64,000 bases of DNA, taken from assembly GCA_034430695.1 (NCBI GenBank), contig DAOUEE010000200.1:19834-83833 (forward strand), written 5' to 3'. This DNA is from Anaerolineales bacterium. Lineage in GTDB: Bacteria > Chloroflexota > Anaerolineae > Anaerolineales > E44-bin32. Each line of letters starts with the position of its first letter. The stretch's first letter is position 1. The translations under genes and the position numbers were made by a program. The notes below the pieces were generated by a model. That model had not been told where the DNA came from. It was given only the letters and a program-made list of their open reading frames with translations, and ran no database searches. This document shows positions 29,872 through 39,045 of the stretch, one piece after another.

Positions 29872-32025
29872 CTATTCGACCAGGGCGACGTCGATCGCTT
29901 TGAGTGAAAAATAGGCGTCCATGACCTGCTTGACGATCGGGCCTGCGGTGATGGCGCCTTCGCCGCCGTTGTAAACGAAGGCAACCACTGCGATCTCGGG
30001 ATTCTCGAAAGGAGCGTATGCGGTGTACCAGGAATGGGTCGGCCAGGCGCCTGGTTTACATAATCCCATGTTGTAGGCAACGGTGTCGCAAAATTCTCCC
30101 GTACCGGTTTTCCCGGCAGAAGAGATATTCTCCAGGTCGGCATAGCCGTGTGCGGTACCTTCCGTGACCACCATGCGCATACCTTGCTGCGCCAGCTCAA
30201 GCACTTGTGGATCGACGATGATATCCGGGGATAGCATTCCCTGATCTCGCCGTTCATCGATGATGAATTGGCGTAGTTCGGGTGGAAGTGTAGGACAGTC
30301 GGCGCCGATCTCGTCCAGGGGCGTGATGAAGTCGTCACCGATGTCCCAGAGTACACAAGGATCGTAATGGGAAATCACGTTGCCCTCACCATCGAGCACC
30401 TCCTTGATCACGTGGGGCCACATGACTTTACCCCCGTTGGCGATCGTGACGATCGAAGTGAGAACCTGCAGGGGAGTCGCAGCGACGAAACCCTGTCCAA
30501 CGACGGTGTTGTAGGTATCGCCCGTCGACCAACCTTCACCAAGATTGATGCGTTTCCAGTCTTCGTTGGGAATCAAGCCACCGACTTCTCCGGGCAGATC
30601 GATACCCAGGGGAGCGCCGTAGCCAAGTGCGGGTGCGTAGCGATTGATCCCCGAGACGCCAAGCCCCTCTTCGACCTCGCCCGGGAATCCACCGCCGATT
30701 TTGTAAAAATAAACGTTGCAGGAGAAGGCAATCCCGTGGACGAAATCCACGAGACCGTGGCCGTCTTCCTTCCAACAGACGAAATCTTTCGCCTTCCCCG
30801 GGTCGTTGGGAAAGTAGCGGTTGGTGATGGTGATCTTCCCGGGGTCGTTGAGCTGTTGCTCGGGGGTTATCACGCCTTCATTGAGCGCGCCAACGGCGGT
30901 GACCATCTTGAACGATGATCCCGGCGGAAATACATCGGCGATGGCGTGATTCACGAGCGGTTTTCCACGATCGTCCTGTACCAGTTGGAAGTAGTAGTCT
31001 TCCGGGATGTAGCGGGCGAACCGATTGTTCTCGTAGGTGGGTAGCGAAACCATGGCGAGGATATCGCCCGTACGCGGATCCATGGCGATGACGACGCCGA
31101 TGGGTGTTCGCTCTTCGCCCGCGTAGCGGTTGATGAATTCCATCCGGTTTCTGAGAGCTGCATCGGCGGAAGCCTGCAGACGCGTGTCGATGGTCAGCCG
31201 GAGATTGTTGCCGGGAATCGGTTGGGTGACTTCTCCGACCTCCCGCAATTGTCGTCCGGCGACATCGATTTCGACCTGCTTGACGCCGTTTTGGCCGGCC
31301 AGGATTTCTTGATACATGCCGAAGTAAACGCCTTGAAAGTCGCCCTGGTCGATCACCGATCCGAAACCGAATTCGAGGCCGGCGTAGCCGATCTTGTCAC
31401 GACCGGCGACGAAACCCTTTTCGGTGTAATAAGGCTCGAAGATCGCCGGAATCGGACCCAGGTAGCCGATCAACGCCGAGGTCAATGCGCCGGTGGTGTA
31501 ATCCCGCACGGGGGAAATCTCGATTCCCACGCCAGGCAGGTCGATCGATTCTTCACGCAATATCCGCGCGGCCGTCTCGTCGATGTCGCAGGCGATGGGC
31601 CAGGCATCGTAGGGGCTGTTGGTGAGTCCCTCCTCGACGAACTGTCGAATTCCACGGCCGGGAACGCATCGTGCCGCCGGAGGTCCTTCCTGGTCGATCG
31701 GCACTCCTGTGATTTCGGATAATCGTAGGTAGATGGCTTCGACTTCCGCGTTGCTGTCAGGGAGCAGAGCGGGCGTGATGACCACGTTGAACGACGGAAT
31801 ATTCCGTACCAGTTGGAAACCATTGCGATCGTAGATGATGCCTCGTGCGGCAGGGGAGTTCACGGTTTCAAAGCGGTTATCGTCCGCTTGTGCCCGGTAC
31901 GTTTCGCCTTCGACGATTTGCAGGGTAAACAAACGGACGAAGAAGAAAGCGAATGTGATCAGGATGATGAGGTATGAAAGGCGAATCCTGGATCTGGGAA
32001 TATGGGAATCATTACCGATGGACAT
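29872..32025 (-). CDS. mrdA: penicillin-binding protein 2 (elongation-specific transpeptidase)
   Basis: N-terminal TM helix and SSFK, SCN and KTGT transpeptidase motifs. Confidence 0.9.
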   Translation of the reverse strand: MSIGNDSHIPRSRIRLSYLIILITFAFFFVRLFTLQIVEGETYRAQADDNRFETVNSPAARGIIYDRNGFQLVRNIPSFNVVITPALLPDSNAEVEAIYLRLSEITGVPIDQEGPPAARCVPGRGIRQFVEEGLTNSPYDAWPIACDIDETAARILREESIDLPGVGIEISPVRDYTTGALTSALIGYLGPIPAIFEPYYTEKGFVAGRDKIGYAGLEFGFGSVIDQGDFQGVYFGMYQEILAGQNGVKQVEIDVAGRQLREVGEVTQPIPGNNLRLTIDTRLQASADAALRNRMEFINRYAGEERTPIGVVIAMDPRTGDILAMVSLPTYENNRFARYIPEDYYFQLVQDDRGKPLVNHAIADVFPPGSSFKMVTAVGALNEGVITPEQQLNDPGKITITNRYFPNDPGKAKDFVCWKEDGHGLVDFVHGIAFSCNVYFYKIGGGFPGEVEEGLGVSGINRYAPALGYGAPLGIDLPGEVGGLIPNEDWKRINLGEGWSTGDTYNTVVGQGFVAATPLQVLTSIVTIANGGKVMWPHVIKEVLDGEGNVISHYDPCVLWDIGDDFITPLDEIGADCPTLPPELRQFIIDERRDQGMLSPDIIVDPQVLELAQQGMRMVVTEGTAHGYADLENISSAGKTGTGEFCDTVAYNMGLCKPGAWPTHSWYTAYAPFENPEIAVVAFVYNGGEGAITAGPIVKQVMDAYFSLKAIDVALVE

Positions 32026-32037
32026 GCTTCAACCGCC

Positions 32038-32538
32038 TTAGAGCTCGACCTCTTGTGGGTAAAGACGATAATGCAAGGCCGAAGCAAGTTGAGATGCCGG
32101 AAGCGCGATGAGGACGTTTAAGAATGTACTGGGCAGGATGATACGACGGAATACGTACGCAAACGAAACGTCTTGTACGAGGATCATGACCGCGAACGTA
32201 GACAGAATGTGATAGGTCAGCGATGCTACCAACATGACTCCCAACGGCATCAAAAAATGTGCCTCCCAAAAACGTCCTTCCAAGAAGGATACCAGAAACG
32301 TGACGATGAGGAGGATAAGTGCGTTCATTCCAAAGGGCAACCCGGAAAGCAAGTCGAGTGCAAAGCCGCCGATCACAGCCCACACCATAGCCTGCTCGCT
32401 CCGTCGTGTGAGACTCCATGCGATAACGGCTACAAGCACCAGGTCAGCCCGGCCATCCAGCAACTGGAAATACCCCATCAGCACCGATTGGAGAATAGCG
32501 AGTAAACTCAACAAGGGGACACCAACTATGTAGGACAT
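32038..32538 (-). CDS. mreD: rod shape-determining protein MreD
   Basis: Small polytopic membrane protein immediately downstream of mreC. Confidence 0.75.
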   Translation of the reverse strand: MSYIVGVPLLSLLAILQSVLMGYFQLLDGRADLVLVAVIAWSLTRRSEQAMVWAVIGGFALDLLSGLPFGMNALILLIVTFLVSFLEGRFWEAHFLMPLGVMLVASLTYHILSTFAVMILVQDVSFAYVFRRIILPSTFLNVLIALPASQLASALHYRLYPQEVEL

Positions 32539-32548
32539 CGGCGGTCTC

Positions 32549-33382
32549 TCACGGTGCGGTCAGTTCGAGGGGGATGGGTTGGAAGTTTGTGATGACCAAT
32601 ACGATGTGCAGCGAGTCGAAATCGACGCTCGGCTGCACGCCCGCTTGTTGGAATAGTTCGTAGTCACGGCGCCTGACGTTTATGATCTGGCCGACAGGGA
32701 TGTCGGCGGGGTAATTGTTGCCCAATCCGGAGGTGAGCACCAACTCTCCGACGGTGACTTCAGTGTTCTGATCGATCAAATCCACCGACAGCTCTCCGTT
32801 GAATTCCGCCACCAATACACCATCCGTCCTTGCAAGCTGCAGCGTGACGTTGACCGCAGCTTCAGGGTCCGTGATCAATTGGACGCGCGATGCCGTGGGG
32901 AATACCTCGGCGATGCGTCCCACCAAGCCTCGTTCCGTAACCACCGGCATTCCCTGGCTCAGGTTCGAATCCGAGCCGCGGTCGATCCAGATCGAACGGA
33001 TGAAAGGGCTGGGATCGCGGCCGATCACGTTCGCAGCGATCGAGCGGCTCTCCGGTTGAGAACGGGCATAGTTCAGCAGTGAGGCGAGGATTTCGGCTTC
33101 TGCTGCCTGTTCACGCAGGCCGATGATTTCCTGTTCCAACCGAGCAACCTCGCTCTGCAGCCGGGAAACCTCCGCCTGCAGGGAGGCGACGTCGCGCGGC
33201 GCGGTCAGCGTGTCGTGAATGGCGGATACGCGCAGAGCGATCCACGCTTGCACTGCATTGATTGGGCGCGACAAGAAATCCCGCACGGGGGTGAAATAAC
33301 CACCAATGCTGAGGAACATGATTCCGATCGTAATCAGTGCCAACGTTCCGGCGACGAGTAAACGAGAATTTGATCGATTCAT
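32549..33382 (-). CDS. mreC: rod shape-determining protein MreC
   Basis: N-terminal TM helix, a coiled coil (LQAEVSRLQSEVARLEQE) and beta-barrel domains. Confidence 0.85.
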   Translation of the reverse strand: MNRSNSRLLVAGTLALITIGIMFLSIGGYFTPVRDFLSRPINAVQAWIALRVSAIHDTLTAPRDVASLQAEVSRLQSEVARLEQEIIGLREQAAEAEILASLLNYARSQPESRSIAANVIGRDPSPFIRSIWIDRGSDSNLSQGMPVVTERGLVGRIAEVFPTASRVQLITDPEAAVNVTLQLARTDGVLVAEFNGELSVDLIDQNTEVTVGELVLTSGLGNNYPADIPVGQIINVRRRDYELFQQAGVQPSVDFDSLHIVLVITNFQPIPLELTAP

Positions 33383-33421
33383 CAGACTTTTCTACGGAAT
33401 ATCGAGCCTCGACTGAGAAGG

Positions 33422-34486
33422 TTACGCCTTCTGCTGTCGACGGTCAAGACCGACGAGGAACTGACCCATGTGATCGAGGTCTTCTAACACCAGGCCGGCA
33501 CCTCGGGCTACACATGTCATTGGGTCTTCTGCATTCCAAACGCGCATGCGCAGTTCGGTCGAGAGGCGTTCGGTCAGGTTTTGAAGTTGTGAAGTTCCAC
33601 CGGCTAGACAGATACCATCTTCCATCAGGTCGGAAATCAACTCGGGCGGGATTTCGTCCAGGGCATCCCGCATGGTTTCAACGATGATGTTCACGGATCC
33701 GGACAGCGCTTCGCGGATCTCGACGGACGATATTTCGACGGCTTCAGGAAGGCCGCGCACCAGGTTGCGTCCGCGGACGCTCATCGTTTTTTCTTCTTTG
33801 AGGGGGTAGGCAGAGCCGATGTTGATTTTCAATTGCTCGGCCATACGCTCTCCGATGAGCAGGTTGTATTTGTTGCGGATGTAGTTCACGATGTCCTGAT
33901 CCATCTCATCACCGGCAACCCGCAAGGAACGTGAGACGATGATTCCGCCCATAGTAAAGACGGCGAGTTCGGTCGTGCCGCCTCCGATGTCGACGATCAT
34001 CGATCCACGCACCTCACCGATCGGAAGCCGAGCACCGAGGGCTGCGGCAGTCGGTTCTTCGATCAGCAACGTCTCTCGCGCGCCGGCAGCCATAGCAGCG
34101 TCGTAAACGGCGCGCTTTTCGACTTCCGTGGCACCGCTGGGAATGCCGACGACTACCCTGGGTCTAGGCACGGGAGAGATGCTTTGTTCGTGGGCTTTGG
34201 CGATGAAATATTCCAGCATCCGCTCGGTGATCTCGAATTCCGAAATTACGCCGTCCCGCAACGGACGAATCACGACCACGTTGGCCGGTGTTCGCCCAAC
34301 CATTTGCTTGGCTTCTGCGCCGATCGCCAGGGGGCGCTTGGTTTTCTTCTCGATGGCGACCCAGGAAGGCTCGTTGATGACGATGCCTTTGCCGCGCACA
34401 TTAACGAGCGTGTTCGCTGTCCCAAGGTCGATTCCGATGTCGAGAGAAAAGAGTCCAAGCAGCCAGTTCAGGGGGTTTAATGCCAC
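33422..34486 (-). CDS. mreB: rod shape-determining actin homologue MreB
   Basis: DIGIDLGTANTLV and a full actin-like fold. Start set to GTG 34486, 9 nt after GGAGG. The ORF-track N-terminal extension is rejected. Confidence 0.93.
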   Translation of the reverse strand: MALNPLNWLLGLFSLDIGIDLGTANTLVNVRGKGIVINEPSWVAIEKKTKRPLAIGAEAKQMVGRTPANVVVIRPLRDGVISEFEITERMLEYFIAKAHEQSISPVPRPRVVVGIPSGATEVEKRAVYDAAMAAGARETLLIEEPTAAALGARLPIGEVRGSMIVDIGGGTTELAVFTMGGIIVSRSLRVAGDEMDQDIVNYIRNKYNLLIGERMAEQLKINIGSAYPLKEEKTMSVRGRNLVRGLPEAVEISSVEIREALSGSVNIIVETMRDALDEIPPELISDLMEDGICLAGGTSQLQNLTERLSTELRMRVWNAEDPMTCVARGAGLVLEDLDHMGQFLVGLDRRQQKA

Positions 34487-34617
34487 AATTCGAGTACCTC
34501 CGTGCGGCCAGTTCCAGATTATAGCACAGACAAGTTTAACCTTTTGCCACATCGCTGTCTATAGTTATGTAAAACGATATCCATACGCTAGTGCTACGAT
34601 GCTATAATCGCCTGGAT

Positions 34618-36099
34618 ATGGACGTCTGCCGGCAAATCGCTCTTTTCATCGGTCAGGAAGAGCTGCTCAACGACAACCAGCCGTTCGTGGCTGCAGTCTC
34701 TGGCGGGGCGGACAGCCTATGCCTGCTGCATTGCCTGCACCGTCTGAATTATCGTCCCATCGTGGCTCATCTCGATCACCAACTGCGGGAGGAAGGCGAT
34801 TCGGAGGCTCAATTTGTCCGCCAGACTGCGGCGCAGCTCGGATTGGAATGCGTGACCGAGAAAGCCGACGTGGCCGCTTTCGCCGAACGCGGGGCATCGC
34901 TCGAGGAAGCCGCCCGGATCCTGCGCTATCGCTTCTTGGTTCGAGTCGCCCGGAGCCACAGCGTGAACGTCATCGCCACGGGGCATACTGCTGACGATCA
35001 GGCAGAGACGGTCTTGATGCATTTCCTGCGCGGCGCCGGACCTTCGGGTCTGCGCGGCATGCTTCCCCGGACGGCCCTAAGCAATTGGGTCGGTATTACA
35101 GACGATGGGGGTGATCTGTCGCTGGTACGGCCGCTTCTCTGCTTGACACACCGACAGACGCTGGACTACTGTGAATCCCAGGGTTTGTCGCCAATTCTGG
35201 ATGCTTCGAATCTCGATCCCGCATTTTATCGAAATCGGTTGCGGCATCATCTCCTGCCGATCCTGGAAAACTACAATCCGGAGATCCGCAACGTGTTGAA
35301 CCGTACTGCCCAGGTGATGGCGGCGGAAGCCGCCTGGCTTGCGGATGCGGTCCAGGGACATTGGGCGTCGATTGTAAGTCCACAAGGGGTTAATGCGCTT
35401 GCGTTGCGTACGGCAGCTTTTCTGAATCTGCCGCTTGCGCTGCAGCGAGCGGTCATGCGTGAGATGATCTTCAGGCTGAAACCCAAGTCGCGCGACGTGG
35501 GCTTCGAAATCGTAGAGCGCGCCTGCCGTTTCGTGCAAGCGAAAGAAAGGGGCAAGCGGATTTATCTGGCCGGAAATCTGGTTTTGACGCGCTTTGCGGA
35601 TACGTTCCTCCTCTTCGATGGTGACACGCAGATGGCGTTTTCTGAGTATCCACAAACCATTTCCGCATCGCATAAAGAGCTTCCCATTCCCGGGAAAGTG
35701 GAACTCGCCAGTGGATGGACGCTGGACGCGATGAACATGTCCCTGACCCAAGAACTGCGGGGAACGATTTATAGCGACGAAGCCGGAAGAACGGCGGCGA
35801 TGGACGCCTCGAAAGTCGACGCGCCGCTCGTTATTCGCAGGCGAATACCCGGCGACCGCATCCGACCGCTCGGCATGAGAGGATCGCTGAAGGTAGCAGA
35901 CCTCTTTGTCAACTGCCGCATCCCACGCATGGTGCGAGACCGGTGGCCTCTGGTCACCGGAGCGGAAAAAGTGCTCTGGGTCGCGGGATTGCGAATGTCG
36001 GATGACGTACGACTCACAAAGCAGACGGAAGAAGTCATCATGCTTCGATTGCTCGATCCCTTTCAGGATGGGGGCAATTCCTTCGCTGCTGAAAGGTAA
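34618..36099 (+). CDS. tilS: tRNA(Ile) lysidine-34 synthetase TilS
   Basis: PP-loop VAAVSGGADS and a TilS C-terminal domain. ATG 34618 lies 10 nt after TATAAT (34603-34608), so the mRNA may be leaderless. GTG 34591 is an alternative start. Confidence 0.88.
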   Translation: MDVCRQIALFIGQEELLNDNQPFVAAVSGGADSLCLLHCLHRLNYRPIVAHLDHQLREEGDSEAQFVRQTAAQLGLECVTEKADVAAFAERGASLEEAARILRYRFLVRVARSHSVNVIATGHTADDQAETVLMHFLRGAGPSGLRGMLPRTALSNWVGITDDGGDLSLVRPLLCLTHRQTLDYCESQGLSPILDASNLDPAFYRNRLRHHLLPILENYNPEIRNVLNRTAQVMAAEAAWLADAVQGHWASIVSPQGVNALALRTAAFLNLPLALQRAVMREMIFRLKPKSRDVGFEIVERACRFVQAKERGKRIYLAGNLVLTRFADTFLLFDGDTQMAFSEYPQTISASHKELPIPGKVELASGWTLDAMNMSLTQELRGTIYSDEAGRTAAMDASKVDAPLVIRRRIPGDRIRPLGMRGSLKVADLFVNCRIPRMVRDRWPLVTGAEKVLWVAGLRMSDDVRLTKQTEEVIMLRLLDPFQDGGNSFAAER

Positions 36100-36103
36100 A
36101 ATC

Positions 36104-36132
36104 TTGACTGGGATTCTGGGCACAACTATAAT
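36104..36132 (+). promoter_or_regulatory. near-consensus sigma70 promoter
   Basis: TTGACT (36104-36109), exactly 17 nt, then TATAAT (36127-36132). It begins 5 nt after the tilS stop codon. Confidence 0.6.
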
Positions 36133-36138
36133 CTCGCC

Positions 36139-36460
36139 AAATTGGAAGAGCAGTATTTGGGTTTCGAGTGATTCCCGAGACCACGAAGAGGAGGTTCTCC
36201 GTCACGAGGCGGGGCCGACCCGGAAGAACCCGGGGAAAATCGAAGCTACAGCGGATGCCTCTGAAACCCGCTGCAGACTCAATTACTTCCTTCCGAGAAA
36301 ACGATGGTCTACAACTGAACGGCGAAAGATGGGACGGACTCTCCGTCGTGGCCAGGTAATTAACGGCCGTCAACGGCGATGCCGGGAGTACCTGGAAGAT
36401 CATGGAAGGGCGATATAAAGATCCAACCCCAAGGCACGCCATGCGTGCCTTATTATTTGA
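36139..36460 (+). ncRNA. candidate structured RNA or long glnA leader (family not recognised)
   Basis: Bounded by the consensus promoter and an intrinsic terminator. No SD-preceded ORF. At least five local helices: 36160-68/36174-82, 36219-23/36230-34, 36249-54/36268-73, 36333-38/36342-47 and 36352-58/36389-95. Confidence 0.4.
36431..36460 (+). terminator. intrinsic terminator
   Basis: AAGGCACGC-cat-GCGTGCCTT, a perfect 9-bp stem, followed by ATTATTTG. It lies 108 nt upstream of the glnA ATG. Confidence 0.7.
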
Positions 36461-36567
36461 CTTTCCTTTCTTGTCGGTGAAAGGAGAAACTTCGCACGGC
36501 GACCGGTGTGAACTCATACTTGTCCCGACCGCGATTGAGTTCTAAAGCAATCTTAAGGAGGAAGAAA

Positions 36568-37899
36568 ATGGTGAAAGAAGTATTGAAAAAGGTGAAGGAG
36601 GACAACGTCAAATACGTATGTCTGCAGTTCACCGACGTGACCGGGGCGGTCAAGAGTGTGGATATTCCTGCTTCCCGCGTCGAGAAGGCGCTGAAGGAGG
36701 GGGTTTGGTTCGACGGCTCGTCGGTGCACGGCTTTGCACGCATCCAGGAGAGCGACATGCGCCTTGTGCCCGATGCGGATACGTACGCAGTGCTGCCATG
36801 GTCACAACCCGAACGGCGGAGAGCCCGCCTTTTCTGTGACATCTATCAGCCGGACGGATCGTTATTCCCCGGCGATCCTCGGGGGGTCCTTAAAGGGATG
36901 CTGCAGCGGATTGAGGACCGGGGTTGGAAAGCCAACATGGGACCGGAGCCTGAATTCTTCCTGCTGCGCCGTAACGGCCAGGAGAGCATCCATCCCGTGC
37001 CCCACGATGTCGGTGGCTACTTCGACTTCTCTGCCAGCGATGAAGCCCAACGCGTTCGCACCGAGTTGATGCTTGGATTGTCGAGCATGGGACTGGAAGT
37101 TGAGATGGGCCACCACGAGGTCGCTCTCGGACAGCATGAGATCGATTTTCGATTCGCCGACGCATTACATGCCGCGGACAACGTCGTTACATTGAAATAT
37201 ACGATCCGCGCGCTTGCAGCGAAGTACGGCCTGATCGCCACCTTCATGCCCAAACCGATCTTCGGCATCAACGGTTCCGGGATGCACACCCATCAGTCGA
37301 TATTTTCTACGAAGGGAGAGAATCTTTTCTTCGACGAAAATGATGAATACATGCTTTCCCCCATCGCCTACGGATACATCGCGGGACAGATCAAGCACGC
37401 ACGAGCATTGGCCGGAATCGTTGCGCCCACGGTGAATTCCTATAAACGCATCGTGCCCGGCTATGAAGCGCCGGTTTATGTTTGCTGGGCGCAGATAAAC
37501 CGCTCGGCGATGATCCGCATTCCAAAATATTCGGGTCAGGCCAGCTCGATACGCGCCGAGCTGCGTTTCCCGGATCCGACGTGCAATCCGTATCTCGCTT
37601 TCGCCTGCATGCTGGCTGCCGGGTTGGATGGTATCGAACGAAAACTCGAATGCCCTGAGCCGGTCAACAACGTGAACATCTACGAAATGTCGCCGGAAGA
37701 GTTGGCTGCCAGGAACGTCGGCCAATTGCCCGGTTCCCTGGGGGAAGCGCTGGATGAGCTGGATAAAGATGAGGTATTGAAAGATACTCTCGGAGAAGAA
37801 GCCTACGAGGCGTTCGTGCGCGCAAAGCGCGCAGAGTGGGATGAATTCCGCATCAAAGTCATGGATTGGGAAGTCGAATACTATTTGGAGACGGCGTAG
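36568..37899 (+). CDS. glnA: type I glutamine synthetase
   Basis: Full-length GSI-like sequence (VCLQFTDVTG..., GSGMHTHQS, NSYKRIVPGYEAP). ATG 36568 lies 6 nt after AAGGAGG. Confidence 0.95.
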   Translation: MVKEVLKKVKEDNVKYVCLQFTDVTGAVKSVDIPASRVEKALKEGVWFDGSSVHGFARIQESDMRLVPDADTYAVLPWSQPERRRARLFCDIYQPDGSLFPGDPRGVLKGMLQRIEDRGWKANMGPEPEFFLLRRNGQESIHPVPHDVGGYFDFSASDEAQRVRTELMLGLSSMGLEVEMGHHEVALGQHEIDFRFADALHAADNVVTLKYTIRALAAKYGLIATFMPKPIFGINGSGMHTHQSIFSTKGENLFFDENDEYMLSPIAYGYIAGQIKHARALAGIVAPTVNSYKRIVPGYEAPVYVCWAQINRSAMIRIPKYSGQASSIRAELRFPDPTCNPYLAFACMLAAGLDGIERKLECPEPVNNVNIYEMSPEELAARNVGQLPGSLGEALDELDKDEVLKDTLGEEAYEAFVRAKRAEWDEFRIKVMDWEVEYYLETA

Positions 37900-37943
37900 T
37901 TATTCGGGCATCTTTCGTTGATGCGAGACGAGGTTGAGGGCTA

Positions 37944-38633
37944 CTAGAACCGCAGGGGATTGAAATTCGTCCCACGATCGAAGAAGTCTTCACCCTCGGC
38001 TCGTTTGAGTGCGTTGACGATCAAGTAGGTCAACGGAGTCGCCAAAGCTTCGTAGCTGCTCTTGAAAAGCCATTGGCTTACGATCATGCCGATCAATACG
38101 GAAGACGGGAGGGCGTAGAAAGCGATGCTGATGAAGATCGCCGAGTCGATGCCCTCTCCCACGAGGGTCGAAGCGATCGTTCGAATCCAGAGGAAGCGGC
38201 CCTCTGTGGTCAACTTGAGCCGTGCAAGGACGAGGGAGTTGAGAAATTCACCGGCAAGGTAGGCCAGAAAAGAAGCAAGCAGCAGCCGTGGGGTAAAGCC
38301 CAGGATCGCCCGATAGGCGTGGGATGCTTCCTGGGCGTCGGGGTAGGCGCCGGCCGTCCAAATCGGATCGGCAGGGAGTAGGCCTCCAATCCATATCGCA
38401 ATCACAGCCAGAAGGTTGCACCCAAATCCGATCCATATCGCCTGCCGGGCTCGGGCGTAGCCGTACACTTCGGTAAGAACGTCGCCGAAGATATAGGCGA
38501 CGGGAAAGAGGATCACCGCAGCGGGCAGGGTCAGGTTGAGGACGGTGAACAGCTTCACGGCGATGATGTTCGAGATGATCAAGGTCGTGACGAAAACCGC
38601 AAGTACGGTCGGATACCAACGATAAGCACGCAT
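37944..38633 (-). CDS. yhhQ: queuosine precursor transporter (YhhQ/DUF165 family)
   Basis: Polytopic membrane protein with PAAVILFPVAYIFGDVLTEVYGY. Start set to ATG 38633, 1 nt after the queF stop. The ORF-track upstream extension is rejected. Confidence 0.85.
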   Translation of the reverse strand: MRAYRWYPTVLAVFVTTLIISNIIAVKLFTVLNLTLPAAVILFPVAYIFGDVLTEVYGYARARQAIWIGFGCNLLAVIAIWIGGLLPADPIWTAGAYPDAQEASHAYRAILGFTPRLLLASFLAYLAGEFLNSLVLARLKLTTEGRFLWIRTIASTLVGEGIDSAIFISIAFYALPSSVLIGMIVSQWLFKSSYEALATPLTYLIVNALKRAEGEDFFDRGTNFNPLRF

Positions 38634-38634
38634 T

Positions 38635-39045
38635 TTAGCCCAATTCCCCCCGCGTCCCGTGTTCGCAATCCACGGTGATGGCGATACCGCCGCGGATGTT
38701 GAATTCGCCGACCACACGACACCAATGAGGATCCAGAGCTTCGACGAGATCGTCCAGAATCGTGTTGGCCACGTGCTCGTGAAAGATCCCTTCATCCCGG
38801 TAGGACCACAGGTATAGCTTGAAAGACTTGGATTCGAGAATTTTGTCATTGGGGACGTATTCGACGTGAATCACGGCGAAGTCGGGTTGACCCGTCGCTG
38901 GGCATAAACAGGTGAACTCTTCCGATTCCAGCCGTACCAAGTAGCGGCGGTTGGGATGACGATTGGGGAACGTCTCCAGACGTCTGCTCGGTTTTGAACC
39001 TTTCCCGAGCAGCGTGAGTCCCTCCAGATCTTTAGCGTCCGTCAT
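38635..39045 (-). CDS. queF: NADPH-dependent 7-cyano-7-deazaguanine (preQ0) reductase, unimodular type
   Basis: EFTCLCPATGQPDFA catalytic Cys motif and the SFKLYLWSYR QueF motif. Confidence 0.93.
   Translation of the reverse strand: MTDAKDLEGLTLLGKGSKPSRRLETFPNRHPNRRYLVRLESEEFTCLCPATGQPDFAVIHVEYVPNDKILESKSFKLYLWSYRDEGIFHEHVANTILDDLVEALDPHWCRVVGEFNIRGGIAITVDCEHGTRGELG

Noticed and set aside
36168-36359. 63-aa basic ORF (contains RGRPGR, AT-hook-like) inside the tilS-glnA element.
   Set aside because: It has a GTG start with no SD and shows no protein-like periodicity that I can see. Local RNA helices cover the region.
36139-36460. The tilS-glnA element considered as a T-box, RNase P RNA, tmRNA, SRP RNA, glutamine riboswitch, cobalamin riboswitch or c-di-AMP riboswitch.
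   Set aside because: None of the signature sequences is present, including GGGTGGTACCGCG, GAGGAAAGTCCGGGC, a tRNA-like 3' end, GGAA-AGCAGCC domain IV, GGACGGAAGTAGG and the B12 box. Only loose similarities were seen (GGGAGTACCTGG, GGGGAAAATC). It is reported as unassigned instead.
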